Part shown: in pieces, positions 1 through 18,000 of the stretch
How positions within the stretch are numbered: position 1 is the first letter of the stretch
Layout: each line of letters opens with the position of its first letter
Source of the DNA: Eledone cirrhosa
Lineage: Eukaryota
Assembly (NCBI GenBank): GCA_964016885.1
Contig: OZ024740.1
Span: forward strand, 39,370,001-39,434,000
Direction: 5' to 3'
Length of the DNA stretch: 64,000 bases
Program-made: the position numbers and the translations under genes
The notes under the pieces: generated by a model
Told to the model about the DNA's origin: nothing
The model's database searches: none
What the model saw: the letters and a program-made list of their open reading frames with translations, nothing else

Positions 1-3000
1 ACAATACTAGTGTTATATATAGTTACAATACTACTGTTATATAGTTACGATACTACACTATATAGTTACAATATTACTCTTATATAGTTACAATACTACT
101 GTTATATTGTTACAATACTACTGTTATATAGTTACAATACTACTGTTATATATATTTACAATACTACTGTTATATAGTTACGATACTACACTATATATTT
201 ACAATATTACTCTTATATAGTTACTATACTACCGTTATATAGTTACAATATTACTGTTATATATAGTTACAATGCTACACTATATACTTACAATACTACA
301 CTATATAGTTACAATACTACTGTTATATAGTTACAATGCTACACTATATAGTTACAATACTACTGTTATATAGTTATAATACTACTGTCATATAGTTACA
401 ATACTACACTATATAGTTACATTACTACTGTTATATAGTTACAATACTACTGTTATATAGTTACAATACTACACTATATAGTTACAATACTACTGATATA
501 TAGTTACAATACTACACTATATAGTTACATTACTACTGTTATATAGTTACAATACTACTGTTATATAGTTACAATACTACACTATATAGTTACAATACTA
601 CTCTTATATAGTTACAATACTACTGTTATATAGTTACAATCCTAGACTATATAGTTACAATACTACTGTTATATAGATACAATACTACTGTTATATAGTT
701 ACAATACTACTGTTGTATAGTTACACTACTACTGTTATATATATAGTTACAATACTACTGTTATATAGTTACAATACTACTGTTATATAGTTACAATACT
801 ACTGTTATATTGTTACAATACTACTGTTATATAGTTACAATACTATTGTTATATAGTTACATTACTACACTATATAGTTACAATACTACTGTTATATAGT
901 TACAATACGACACTATATAGTTACAATACTACTGTTAGATAGTTACAATACTACTGTTATATAGTTACAATACTACACTATATAGTTATAATACTACTGT
1001 TATATAGTTACAATACTACACTATATAGTTACAATACTACTGTTATATAGTTACAATACTACACTATATAGTTACAATACTACTGTTATAAAGTTACAAT
1101 ACTACTGTTATATAGTTACAATACTACTGTTATATAGTTACAATACTACTGTTATATAGTTACAATACTACACTATATAGTTACAATACTACTGCTATAT
1201 AGTTACAATACTACTGTTATATAGTTACATTACTACTGTTATATATAGTTACAATACTACTGTTATATAGTTACAATACTACACTATATAGTTACAATAC
1301 TACTGTTATATAGTTACAATATTAATCTTATATAGTTACTATACTACTGTTATATAGTCACAATATCACTGTTATATATAGTTACAATGCTACACTATAT
1401 AGTTACAATACTACTGCTATATAGTTACAATACTACTGTTATATAGTTACAATGCTACACTATATAGTTACAATACTACTGTTATATAGTTATAATACTA
1501 CTGTCATATAGTTACAATACTACACTATATAGTTATAATACTACTGTTATATAGTTACAATACTACACTATATAGTTACAATACTACTGTTATATAGTTA
1601 CAATACTACACTATATAGTTACAATACTACTGTTATATAGTTATAATACTACTGTTATATAGTTACAATACTACACTATATAGTTACAATACTACTGTTA
1701 TATAGTTACAATACTACTGTTATATAGTTACAATACTACTGTTATATAGTTACAATACTACTGTTATATAGTTACCATACTACTGTTATATATAGTTACA
1801 ATACTACTGTTATAAAGTTACAATACTACTGTTATATAGTTACATTACTACTGTTATATAGTTACAATACTACACTATATAGTTACAATACTACTGTTAT
1901 ATAGTTACAATACTACTGTTATATAGTTACAATACTACTGTTATATAGTTACAATACCACTGTTAAATAGGTACAATACTACTGTTATATAGTTACAATA
2001 CTACACTATATAGTTACAATACTACTGTTATATAGTTACAATACTACTGTTATATATTAACAATACTACTGTTATATAGTTACAATACTAGTGTTATATA
2101 TAGTTACAATACTACTGTTATATAGTTACAATACTTCTCTATATAGTTACAATATTACTCTTATATAGTTACAATACTACTGTTATATAGTTACAATACT
2201 ACTGTTATATAGTTACGATACTACACTATATATTTACAATATTATTCTTATATAGTTACTATACTACCGTTATATAGTTACAATATTACTGTTATATATA
2301 GTTACAATGCTACACTATATACTTACAATACTACACTATATAGTTACAATACTACTGTTATATAGTTACAATGCTACACTATATAGTTACAATACTACTG
2401 TTATATAGTTATAATACTACTGTCATATAATTACAATACTACACTATATAGTTACATTACTACTGTTATATAGTTACAATACTACTGTTATATAGTTACA
2501 ATACTACACTATATAGTTACAATACTACTGATATATAGTTACAATACTACACTATATAGTTACATTACTACTGTTATATAGTTACAATACTACTGTTATA
2601 TAGTTACAATACTACACTATATAGTTACAGTACTACTCTTATATAGTTACAATACTACTGTTATATAGTTACTATACTAGACTATATAGTTACAATACTA
2701 CTGTTATATAGTTACAATACTACTGTTATATAGTTACTATAGTACACTATATAGTTACAATACTACTGTTATGTAGTTACGATACTACACTATATAGTTA
2801 CGATACAACTGTTATATATAGTTACAATACTACTGTTATATAGTTACAATACAACTGTTATATAGTTACAATACTACACTATATAGTTACAATACTACTG
2901 TTATATAGTTACAATACTACACTATATAGTTACAATGCTTCTGTTATATAGTAACAATACTACTGTTATATAGTTACCATACTACTGTTATATATAGTTA

Positions 3001-6000
3001 CAATACTACTGTTATAAAGTTACAATACTACTGTTATATAGTTACAATACTACTGTTATATAGTTACAATGCTACACTATATAGTTACAATACTACTGTT
3101 ATATAGTTATAATACTACTGTCATATAGTTACAATACTACACTATATAGTTACATTACAACTGTTATATAGTTACAATACTACTGTTATATAGTTACAAT
3201 ACTACACTATATAGTTACAATACTACTGTTATATAGTTACAATACTACTGTTATATAGTTACAATACTACTGTTATATAGTTACAATACTACTGTTATAT
3301 AGTTACCATACTACTGTTATATATAGTTACAATACTACTGTTATATAGTTACAATACTACAGTTATACAGTTACAATACTACACTATATAGTTACAATAC
3401 TACTGTTATATAGTTACAATACTACTGTTATATAGTTACAATACTACTGTTATATAGTTACAATACCACTGTTAAATAGGTACAATGCTACACTATATAG
3501 TTACAATACTACTGCTATATAGTTACAATACTACTGTTATATAGTTACGAAACTACTGTTATATAGTTGAAATACTACACTATATAGTTACAATACTACT
3601 GTTATATAGTTACAATACTACTGTTATATATTAACAATACTACTGTTATATATAGTTACAATACTACTGTTATATAGATACAATACTACTGTTATATAGT
3701 TACAATACTACACCTTATAGTTACAATACTGCTGTTATATAGTTACAATACTATACTATATAGTTATAATACTACTGTTATATAGTTACAATACAACACT
3801 ATATAGTGACAATACTACTGTTATATAGTTACAATACTAGTGTTATATATAGTTACAATACTACTGTTATGTAGTTACGATACTACACTATATAGTTACA
3901 ATATTACTCTTATATAGTTACAATACTACTGTTATATAGTTACAATACTACTGTTATATAGTTACAATACTACTGTTATATATATTTACAATACTACTGT
4001 TATATAGTTACGATACTACACTATATATTTACAATATTACTCTTATATAGTTACTATACTACCGTTATATAGTTACAATATTACTGTTATATATAGTTAC
4101 AATGCTACACTATATACTTACAATACTACACTATATAGTTACAATACTACTGTTATATAGTTACAATGCTACACTATATAGTTACAATACTACTGTTATA
4201 TAGTTATAATACTACTGTCATATAGTTACAATACTACACTATATAGTTACATTACTACTGTTATATAGTTACAATACTACTGTTATATAGTTACAATACT
4301 ACACTATATAGTTACAATACTACTGATATATAGTTACAATACTACACTATATAGTTACATTACTACTGTTATATAGTTACAATACTACTGTTATATAGTT
4401 ACAATACTACACTATATAGTTACAATACTACTCTTATATAGTTACAATACTACTGTTATATAGTTACAATCCTAGACTATATAGTTACAATACTACTGTT
4501 ATATAGATACAATACTACTGTTATATAGTTACAATAGTACACTATATAGTTACAATACTACTGTTATGTAGTTACGATACTACACTATATAGTTACGATA
4601 CTACTGTTATATATAGTTACAATACTACTGTTATATAGTTACAATACTACTGTTATATAGTTACAATACTACACTATATAGTTACAATACTACTGCTATA
4701 TAGTTACAATACTACACTATATAGTTACAATGCTTCTGTTATATAGTAACAATACTACTGTTATATAGTTACAATCCTACTGTTATATAGTTACAATACT
4801 ACTGTTATATATTGTTACAATACTACTGTTATATAGTTACAATACTACTGTTATATAGTTACAATACTACTGTTATATAGTTACAATACTACTGTCATAT
4901 AGTTACAATACTACACTATATAGTTACAATACTACATTATATAGTTACATTACTACTGTTATATAGTTACAATACTACTGTTATATAGTTACAATACTAC
5001 TGTTATATAGTTACAATACTACTGTTATATAGTTACAATACTACTGTCATATAGTTACAATACTACTGTTATATAGTTACAATACTACTGTTATATAGTT
5101 ACAATACTACTGTTATATAGTTACAATACTACTGTTATATAGTTACAATACTACTGTTATATAGTTACAATACTACTGTTATATAGTTACAATACTGCTG
5201 TTATATAGTTACAATACTACTGTTATATAGTTACAATACTACTGTTATATAGTTACAATACTACTGTTATATAGTTACAATACTACTGTTATATAGTTAC
5301 AATACTACTGTTATATAGTTACAATACTACTGTTATATATAGTTACAATACTACTGTTATATATTTACAATACTACACTATATAGTTACAATACTACTGT
5401 TATATAGTTACAATACTACTGTTATATAGTTACAATACTACTGTTATATAGTTACAATACTACTGTTATTTAGTTACAATACTACACTATATAGTTACAA
5501 TACTACTGTTATATATTTACAATACTACACTATATAGTTACAATACTACTGTTATATAGTTACAATACTACTGTATAGTTACAATGCTACACAATATAGT
5601 TACAATGCTACACAATATAGTTACAATACTACTTTTATATAGTTACAATACTACTGTTATATAGTTACAATACTACTGTTATATAGTTACAATACTACAC
5701 TATATAGTTACAATACTACTGTTATATAGTTACAATACTACTGTTATATAGTTACAATACTACTGTTGTATAGTTACAATACTACTCTTATATAGTTACA
5801 ATACTACTGTTATATTGTTACAATACTACTGTTATATAGTTAAAATACTATTGTTATATAGTTACATTACTACACTATATAGTTACAATACTACTGTTAT
5901 ATAGTTACAATACTACACTATATAGTTACAATACTACTGTTAGATAGTTACAATATTACTGTTATATAGTTACAATACTACACTATATAGTTATAATACT

Positions 6001-9000
6001 ACTGTTATATAGTTACAATACTACACTATATAGTTACAATACTACTGTTATATAGTTACAATACTACACTATATAGTTACAATACTACTGTATAGTTACA
6101 ATGCTACACAATATAGTTACAATGCTACACAATATAGTTACAATACTACTTTTATATAGTTACAATACTACTGTTATATAGTTACAATACTACTGTTATA
6201 TAGTTACAATGCTACACTATATAGTTACAATACTACTGCTATATAGTTACAATACTACTGTTATATAGTTACAATGCTACACTATATAGTTACAATACTA
6301 CTGTTATATAGTTATAATACTACTGTCATATAGTTACAATACTACACTATATAGTTATAATACTACTGTTATATAGTTACAATACTACACTATATAGTTA
6401 CAATACTACTGTTATATAGTTACAATACTACACTATATAGGTACAATACTACTGTTATATAGTTATAATACTACTGTTATATAGTTACAATACTACACTA
6501 TATAGTTACAATACTACTGTTATATAGTTACAATACTACTGTTATATAGTTACAATACTACTGTTATATAGTTACAATACTACTGTTATATAGTTACCAT
6601 ACTACTGTTATATATAGTTACAATACTACTGTTATAAAGTTACAATACTACTGTTATATAGTTACATTACTACTGTTATATAGTTACAATACTACACTAT
6701 ATAGTTACAATACTACTGTTATATAGTTACAATACTACTGTTATATAGTTACAATACTACTGTTATATAGTTACAATACCACTGTTAAATAGGTACAATA
6801 CTACTGTTATATAGTTACAATACTACACTATATAGTTACAATACTACTGTTATATAGTTACGATACTACTGTTATATAGTTGAAATACTACACTATATAG
6901 TTACAATACTACTGTTATATAGTTACAATACTACTGTTATATATTAACAATACTACTGTTATATAGTTACAATACTAGTGTTATATATAGTTACAATACT
7001 ACTGTTATATAGTTACAATACTACACTATATAGTTAAAATATTACTCTTATATAGTTACAATACTACTGTTATATAGTTACAATACTACTGTTATATAGT
7101 TACGATACTACACTATATATTTACAATATTATTCTTATATAGTTACTATACTACCGTTATATAGTTACAATATTACTGTTATATATAGTTACAATGCTAC
7201 ACTATATACTTACAATACTACACTATATAGTTACAATACTACTGTTATATAGTTACAATGCTGCACTATATAGTTACAATACTACTGTTATATAGTTATA
7301 ATACTACTGTCATATAGTTACAATACTACACTATATAGTTACATTACTACTGTTATATAGTTACAATACTACTGTTATATAGTTACAATACTACACTATA
7401 TAGTTACAATACTACTGATATATAGTTACAATACTACACTATATAGTTACATTACTACTGTTATATAGTTACAATACTACTGTTATATAGTTACAATACT
7501 ACACTATATAGTTACAGTACTACTCTTATATAGTTACAATACTACTGTTATATAGTTACTATACTAGACTATATAGTTACAATACTACTGTTATATAGTT
7601 ACAATACTACTGTTATATAGTTACAATAGTACACTATATAGTTACAATACTACTGTTATGTAGTTACGATACTACACTATATAGTTACGATACAACTGTT
7701 ATATATAGTTACAATACTACTGTTATATAGTTACAATACAACTGTTATATAGTTACAATACTACACTATATAGTTACAATACTACTGTTATATAGTTACA
7801 ATACTACACTATATAGTTACAATGCTTCTGTTATATAGTAACAATACTACTGTTATATAGTTACAATCCTACTGTTATATAGTTACAATACTACTGTTAT
7901 ATATTGTTACAATACTACTGTTATATAGTTACAATACCTCTGTTATATAGTTACAATACTACTGTTATATAATTACAATACTACTGTTATATAGTTACAA
8001 TACTACACTATATAATTACTTTACTACATTATATAGTTACATTACTACTGTTATATAGTTACAATACTACTGTTTTATAGTTACAATACTACTGATATAT
8101 AGTCACGATACTACTGTTATATAGTTACAATACTACTGTTATATAGTTACAATACTACCATAATATAGTTACAATACTACTGTTATATAGTTGCAATACT
8201 ACACTATATAGTTACAATACTACTGTTATATAGTTACAATACTACTGTTATATAGTTACAATACTACTGTTATATTGTTACAATACTACACTATATAGTT
8301 ATGATACTACTGTTTTATAGTTGCAATACTACACTATATAATTACAATACTACTGTTATATAGTTACAATACTACCGTTATATAGTGACAATACTACTGT
8401 TATATAGTAACAATTCTACACTATATAGTTACAATACTACTGTTATATAGTTACAATACTACTGTTATATAGTTACAATACTACCGTTATAGAGTTACAA
8501 TACTACTGTTATATAGTTACAATACTACAGTATATAGTTACAATACTACCGTTATATAGTTACCATACTACTGTTATATAGTTACAATACTACTGTCATA
8601 TAGTTACAATACTACACTTTATAGTTACAATACTACACTATATAGTTACAATACTACTGTTATATAGTTACAATACTACACTATATAGTTACAATACTAC
8701 TGTTATATAGTTACGATACTACTGTTATATAGTTGAAATACTACACTATATAGTTCCAATACTACTGTTATATAGTTACAATACTACTGTTATATATTAA
8801 CAATACTACTGTTATATAGTTACAATACTAGTGTTATATATAGTTACAATACTACTGTTATATAGTTACAATACTACACTATATAGTTACAATATTACTC
8901 TTATATAGTTACAATACTACTGTTATATAGTTACAATACTACTGTTATATAGTTACAATACTACTGTTATATAGTTACAATACTACTGTCATATAGTTAC

Positions 9001-12000
9001 AATACTACACTATATAGTTACAATACTACTGTTATATAGTTACAATACTACTGTTATATAGTTACAATACTACACTATATAGTTACAATACTACTGTTAT
9101 ATAGTTACAATACTACTGTTATATAGTTACAATACTACTGTTATATAGTTACACTGCTACTGTTATATAGTTACAATACTACTGTTATATAGTTACAATA
9201 CTACACTATATAATTACTTTACTACATTATATAGTTACATTACTACTGTTATATAGTTACAATACTACTGTTTTATAGTTACAATACTACTGATATATAG
9301 TCACGATACTACTGTTATATAGTTACAATACTACTGTTATATAGTTACAATACTACCATAATATAGTTACAATACTACTGTTATATAGTTGCAATACTAC
9401 ACTATATAGTTACAATACTACTGTTATATAGTTACAATACTACTGTTATATAGTTACAATACTACTGTTATATAGTTACAATACTACACTATATAGTTAT
9501 GATACTACTGTTATATAGTTGCAATACTACACTATATAATTACAATACTACTGTTATATAGTTACAATACTACCGTTATATAGTGACAATACTACTGTTA
9601 TATAGTAACAATTCTACACTATATAGTTACAATACTACTGTTATATAGTTACAATACTACTGTTATATAGTTACAATACTACCGTTATAGAGTTACAATA
9701 CTACTGTTATATAGTTACAATACTACAGTATATAGTTACAATACTACCGTTATATAGTTACCATACTACTGTTATATAGTTACAATACTAGTGTCATATA
9801 GTTACAATACTACACTTTATAGTTACAATACTACACTATATAGTTACAATACTACTGTTATATAGTTACAATACTACACTATATAGTTACAATACTACTG
9901 TTATATAGTTACGATACTACTGTTATATAGTTGAAATACTACACTATATAGTTGCAATACTACTGTTATATAGTTACAATACTACTGTTATATATTAACA
10001 ATACTACTGTTATATAGTTACAATACTAGTGTTATATATAGTTACAATACTACTGTTATATAGTTACAATACTACACTATATAGTTACAATATTACTCTT
10101 ATATAGTTACAATACTACTGTTATATAGTTACAATACTACTGTTATATAGTTACAATACTACTGTTATATAGTTACAATACTACTGTCATATAGTTACAA
10201 TACTACACTATATAGTTACAATACTACTGTTATATAGTTACAATACTACTGTTATATAGTTACAATACTACACTATATAGTTACAATACTACTGTTATAT
10301 AGTTACAATACTACTGTTATATAGTTACAATACTACTGTTATATAGTTACACTGCTACTGTTATATAGTTACAATACTACTGTTATATAGTTACAATACT
10401 ACTGTTATATATTTACAATGCTACACTATATAGTTACAATACTACCGTTATATAGTTACCATACTACTGTTGTATAGTTACAATGCTACACTATATAGTT
10501 ACAATACTACTGTTATATAGTTACAAGACTACTGTTATATAGTTACAATACTACTGTTATATAGTTACAATACTACTGTTATATAATTACAAAACTAATG
10601 TTATATATAGTTACAATACTACACTATATAGTTACAATACTACTGTTATATAGTTACAATACTACGGTTATATAGTTACAATGCTACTGTTATATAGTTA
10701 CAATACCACTGTTAAATAGGTACAATATTACTGTTATATAGTTACAATACTACACTATATAGTTACAATACTACTGTTATATAGTTACAATACTAGTGTT
10801 ATATATAGTTACAATACTACTGTTATATAGTTACAATACTACTATTATATAGTTACAATACTACTGTTATATAGTTACAATACTACTGTTATATAGTTAC
10901 ATTACTACACTATATAGTTACAATACTACTGTTATATTGTTACAATACTACTGTTATATAGTTACAATACTACTGTTATATAGTTACAATACTACTGTTA
11001 TATAGTTACAATACTACCTTTATATAGTTACAATACTACAGTTATACAGTTACAATACTACACTATATAGTTACAATACTACTGTTATATAGTTACAATA
11101 CTACTGTTATATAGTTACAATACTACTGTTATATAGTTACAATACTACTGTTATATAGTTACAATACTACTGTTATATATAGTTACAATACTACTCTTAT
11201 AAAGTTACAATACTACTGTTACATAGTTACAATACTACTGTTATATAGTTACAATACTACAGTTATAGAGTTACAATATTACACTATATAGTTACAATAC
11301 TACTGTTATATAGTTACAATACTACTGTTATATAGTTACAATACTACTGTTATATTGTTACAATACTACTGTTATATAGTTACAATACTACTGTTATATA
11401 GTTACAATACCACTGTTAAATAGGTACAATACTACTGTTATATAGTTACAATACTACACTATATAGTTACAATACTACTGTTATATAGTTACAATACTAC
11501 TGTTATATAGTTAAAATACTACACTATATAGTTACAATACTACTGTTATATAGTTACAATACTACTGTTATATATTAACAATACTACTGTTATATATAGT
11601 TACATACTACTGTTATATAGATACAATACTACTGTTATATAGTTACAATACTACACTATATAGTTACAATACTGCTGTTATATAGTTACAATACTATACT
11701 ACATAGTTATAATACTACTGTTATATAGTTACAATACTACACTATATAGTTACAATACTACTGTTATATAGTTACAATACTAGTGTTATATATAGTTACA
11801 ATACTACTGTTATATATAGTTACAATACTACTGTTATATAGTTACAATACTACACTATATAGTTACTATATTACTCTTATATAGTTACAATACTACTGTT
11901 ATATAGTTACAATACTACTGTTATATATAGTTACAATGCTACACTATATAGTTACAATACTACTGTTATATAGTTACAATACTACACTATATAGTTACAA

Positions 12001-15000
12001 TGCTACACTATATAGTTACAATACTACTGTTATATATAGTTACAATACTACACTATATAGTTACAATATTACTCTTATATAGTTACAATACTACTGTTAT
12101 ATAGTTACAATACTACAGTTATATAGTTACAATACTACTGTTACATATAGTTACAATACTACTGTCATATAGTTACAATACTACTGTTATATAGTTACAA
12201 TACTACACTATATAGTTACAATATTACTCTTATATAGTTACAATACTACTGTTATATAGTTACAATACTACTGTTATATAGTTACAATACTAGTGTTATA
12301 TATAGTTACAATACTACTGTTATATAGTTACGATACTACACTATATAGTTACAATATTACTCTTATATAGTTACAATACTACTGTTATATAGTTACAATA
12401 CTACTGTTATATAGTTACAATACTACTGTTATATATATTTACAATACTACTGTTATATAGTTACGATACTACACTATATATTTACAATATTACTCTTATA
12501 TAGTTACAATACTACCGTTATATAGTTACAATATTACTGTTATATATAGTTACAATGCTACACTATATACTTACAATACTACACTATATAGTTACAATAC
12601 TACTGTTATATAGTTACAATGCTATACTATATAGTTACAATACTACTGTTATATAGTTATAATACAACTGTCATATAGTTACAATACTACACTATATAGT
12701 TACATTACTACTGTTATATAGTTACAATACTACTGTTATATAGTTACAATACTACTGTTATATAGTTACAATAGTACACTATATAGTTACAATACTACTG
12801 TTATGTAGTTACGATACTACACTATATAGTTACGATACTACTGTTATATATAGTTACAATACTACTGTTATATACTTACAATACTACTGTTATATAGTTA
12901 CAATACTACACTATATAGTTACAATGCTTCTGTTATATAGTAACAATACTACTGTTATATAGTTACAATCCTACTGTTATATAGTTACAATACTACTGTT
13001 ATATATTGTTACAATACTACTGTTATATAGTTACAATACTACTGTTATATAGTTACAATACTAATGTTATATAGTTAGAATACTACTGTCATATAGTTAC
13101 AATACTACACTATATAGTTACAATACTACATTATATAGTTACATTACTACTGTTATATAGTTACAATACTACTGTTATATAGTTACAATACTACTGTTAT
13201 ATAGTTACAATACTACTGTTATATAGTTACAATACTACTGTCATATAGTTACAATACTACTGTTATATAGTTACAATACTGCTGTTATATAGTTACAATA
13301 CTACTGTTATATAGTTACAATACTACTGTTATATAGTTACAATACTACTGTTATATAGTTACAATACTACTGTTATATAGTTACAATACTACTGTTATAT
13401 AGTTACAATACTACTGTTATATATACTTACAATACTACTGTTATATATTTACAATACTACACTATATAGTTACAATACTACTGTTATATAGTTACAATAC
13501 TACTGTTATATAGTTACAATACTACTCTTATATAGTTACAATACTACTGTTATTTAGTTACAATACTACACTATATAGTTACAATACTACTGTTATATAT
13601 TTACAATACTACACTATATAGTTACAATACTACTGTTATATAGTTACAATACTACTGTTGTATAGTTACAATGCTACACAATATAGTTACAATGCTACAC
13701 AATATAGTTACAATACTACTTTTATATAGTTACAATACTACTGTTATATAGTTACAATACTACTGTTATATAGTTACAATACTACACTATATAGTTACAA
13801 TACTACTGTTATATAGTTACAGTACTACTGTTATATAGTTACAATACTACTGTTATATTGTTACAATACTACTGTTACATAGTTACAATACTATTGTTAT
13901 ATAGTTACATTACTACACTATATAGTTACAATACTACTGTTATATAGTTACAATACTACACTATATAGTTACAATACTACTGTTAGATAGTTACAATACT
14001 ACTGTTATATAATTACAATACTACACTATATAGTTATAATACTACTGTTATATAGTTACAATACTACACTATATAGTTACAATACTACTGTTATATAGTT
14101 ACAATACTACACTATATAGTTACAATACTACTGTTATAAAGTTACAATACTACTGTTATATAGTTACAATACTACTGTTATATAGTTACAATACTACTGT
14201 TATATAGTTACAATACTACACTATATAGTTACAATACTACTGCTATATAGTTACAATACTACTGTTATATAGTTACAATACTACTGTTATATATAGTTAC
14301 AATACTACTGTTATATAGTTACAATACTACACTATATAGTTACAATACTACTGTTATATAGTTACAATATTAATCTTATCTAGTTACTATACTACTGTTA
14401 TATAGTCACAATATCACTGTTATATATAGTTACAATGCTACACTATATAGTTACAATACTACTGCTATATAGTTACAATACTACTGTTATATAGTTACAA
14501 TGCTACACTATATAGTTACCATACTACTGTTATATAGTTATAATACTACTGTCATATAGTTACAATACTACACTATATAGTTACATTACTACTGTTATAT
14601 AGTTATAATACTACTGTTATATAGTTACAATACTACACTATATAGTTACAATACTACTGTTATATAGTTACAATACTACTGTTATATAGTTACAATACTA
14701 CTGTTATATAGTTACAATACTACTGTTATATAGTTACCATACTACTGTTATATATAGTTACAATACTACTGTTATATAGTTACAATACTACTGTTATATA
14801 GTTACATTACTACTGTTATATAGTTACAATACTACAGTTATACAGTTACAATACTACACTATATAGTTACAATACTACTGTTATATAGTTACAATACTAC
14901 TGTTATATAGTTACAATACTACTGTTATATAGTTACAATACCACTGTTAAATAGGTACAATACTACTGTTATATAGTTACAATACTACACTATATAGTTA

Positions 15001-18000
15001 CAATACTACTGTTATATAGTTACGATACTACTGTATATAGTTGAAATACTACACTATATAGTTACAATACTACTGTTATATAGTTACAATACTACTGTTA
15101 TATATTAACAATACTACTGTTATATATTACCAATACTACTGTTATATATAGTTACAATACTACTGTGATATAGATACAATACTACTGTTATATAGTTACA
15201 ATACTACACCATATAGTTACAATACTGCTGTTATATAGTTACAATACTATACTATATAGTTATAATACTACTGTTATATAGTTACAATACTACACTATAT
15301 AGTTACAATACTACTGTTATATAGTTACAATACTAGTGTTATATATAGTTACAATACTACTGTTATATAGTTACAATACTACACTATATAGTTACAATAT
15401 TACTCTTATATAGTTACAATACTACTGTTATATAATTACAATACTACTGTTATATAGTTACGATACTACACTATATATTTACAATATTACTCTTATATAG
15501 TTACTATACTACCGTTATATAGTTACAATATTACTGTTATATATAGTTACAATGCTACACTATATACTTACAATACTACACTATATAGTTACAATACTAC
15601 TGTTATATAGTTACAATGCTACACTATATAGTTACAATACTACTGTTATATAGTTATAATACTACTGTCATATAGTTACAATACTACACTATATAGTTAC
15701 ATTACTACTGTTATATAGTTACAATACTACTGTTATATAGTTACAATACTACACTATATAGTTACAATACTACTGATATATAGTTACAATACTACACTAT
15801 ATAGTTACAATACTACTGTTATATAGTTACAATACTACTGTTATATATTAACAATATTACTGTTATATATAGTTACATACTACTGTTATATAGATACAAT
15901 ACTACTGTTATATAGTTACAATACTACACTATATAGTTACAGTACTGCTGTTATATAGTTACAATACTACTGTTATATAGTTACAATACTACACTATATA
16001 GTTACAGTACTGCTGTTATATAGTTACAATACTACTGTTATATAGTTACAATACTACTGTTATATATTAACAATATTACTGTTATATATAGTTACATACT
16101 ACTGTTATATAGATACAATACTACTGTTATATAGTTACAATACTACACTATATAGTTACAATACTGCTGTTATATAGTTACAATACTATACTACATAGTT
16201 ATAATACTACTGTTATATAGTTACAATACTACACTATATAGTTACAATACTACTGTTATATAGTTACAATACTAGTGTTATATATAGTTACAATACTACT
16301 GTTATATAGTTACAATACTACACTATATAGTTACAATATTACTCTTATATAGTTACAATACTACTGTTATATAGTTACAATACTACTGTTATATAGTTAC
16401 AATACTACTGTTATATATAGTTACAATACTACTGTTATATAGTTACAATACTACTGTTATATAGTTACAATATTACTCTTATATAGTTACAATACTACTG
16501 TTATATAGTTACAATACTACTGTTATATATAGTTACAATGCTACACTATATAGTTACAATACTACTGTTATATAGTTACAATACTACACTATATAGTTAC
16601 AATGCTACACTATATAGTTACAATACTACTGTTATATATAGTTACAATACTACACTATATAGTTACAATATTACTCTTATATAGTTACAATACTACTGTT
16701 ATATAGTTACAATACTACAGTTATATAGTTACAATACTACTGTTACATATAGTTACAATACTACTGTCATATAGTTACAATACTACTGTTATATAGTTAC
16801 AATACTACACTATATAGTTACAATATTACTCTTATATAGTTACAATACTACTGTTATATAGTTACAATACTACTGTTATATAGTTACAATACTAGTGTTA
16901 TATATAGTTACAATACTACTGTTATATAGTTACGATACTACACTATATAGTTACAATATTACTCTTATATAGTTACAATACTACTGTTATATAGTTACAA
17001 TACTACTGTTATATAGTTACAATACTACTGTTATATATATTTACAATACTACTGTTATATAGTTACGATACTACACTATATATTTACAATATTACTCTTA
17101 TATAGTTACTATACTACCGTTATATAGTTACAATATTACTGTTATATATAGTTACAATGCTACACTATATACTTACAATACTACACTATATAGTTACAAT
17201 ACTACTGTTATATAGTTACAATGCTATACTATATAGTTACAATACTACTGTTATATAGTTATAATACTACTGTCATATAGTTACAATACTACACTATATA
17301 GTTACATTACTACTGTTATATAGTTACAATACTACTGTTATATAGTTACAATACTACACTATATAGTTACAAATCTACTGATATATAGTTACAACACTAC
17401 ACTATATAGTTACATTACTACTGTTATATAGTTACAATACTACTGTTATATAGTTACAATACTACACTATATAGTTACAATACTACTCTTATATAGTTAC
17501 AATACTACTGTTATATAGTTACAATCCTAGACTATATAGTTACAATACTACTGTTATATAGTTACAATACTACTGTTATATAGTTACAATAGTACACTAT
17601 ATAGTTACAATATTACTGTTATGTAGTTACGATACTACACTATATAGTTACGATACTACTGTTATATATAGTTACAATACTACTGTTATATAGTTACAAT
17701 ACTACTGTTATATAGTTACAATACTACACTATATAGTTACAATACTACTGTTATATAGTTACAATACTACACTATATAGTTACAATGCTTCTGTTATATA
17801 GTAACAATACTACTGTTATATAGTTACAATCCTACTGTTATATAGTTACAATACTACTGTTATATATTGTTACAATACTACTGTTATATAGTTACAATAC
17901 TACTGTTATATAGTGACAATACTACTGTTATATAGTTACAATACTACTGTTATATAGTTACAATACTGCTGTTATATAGTTACAATACTACTGTTATATA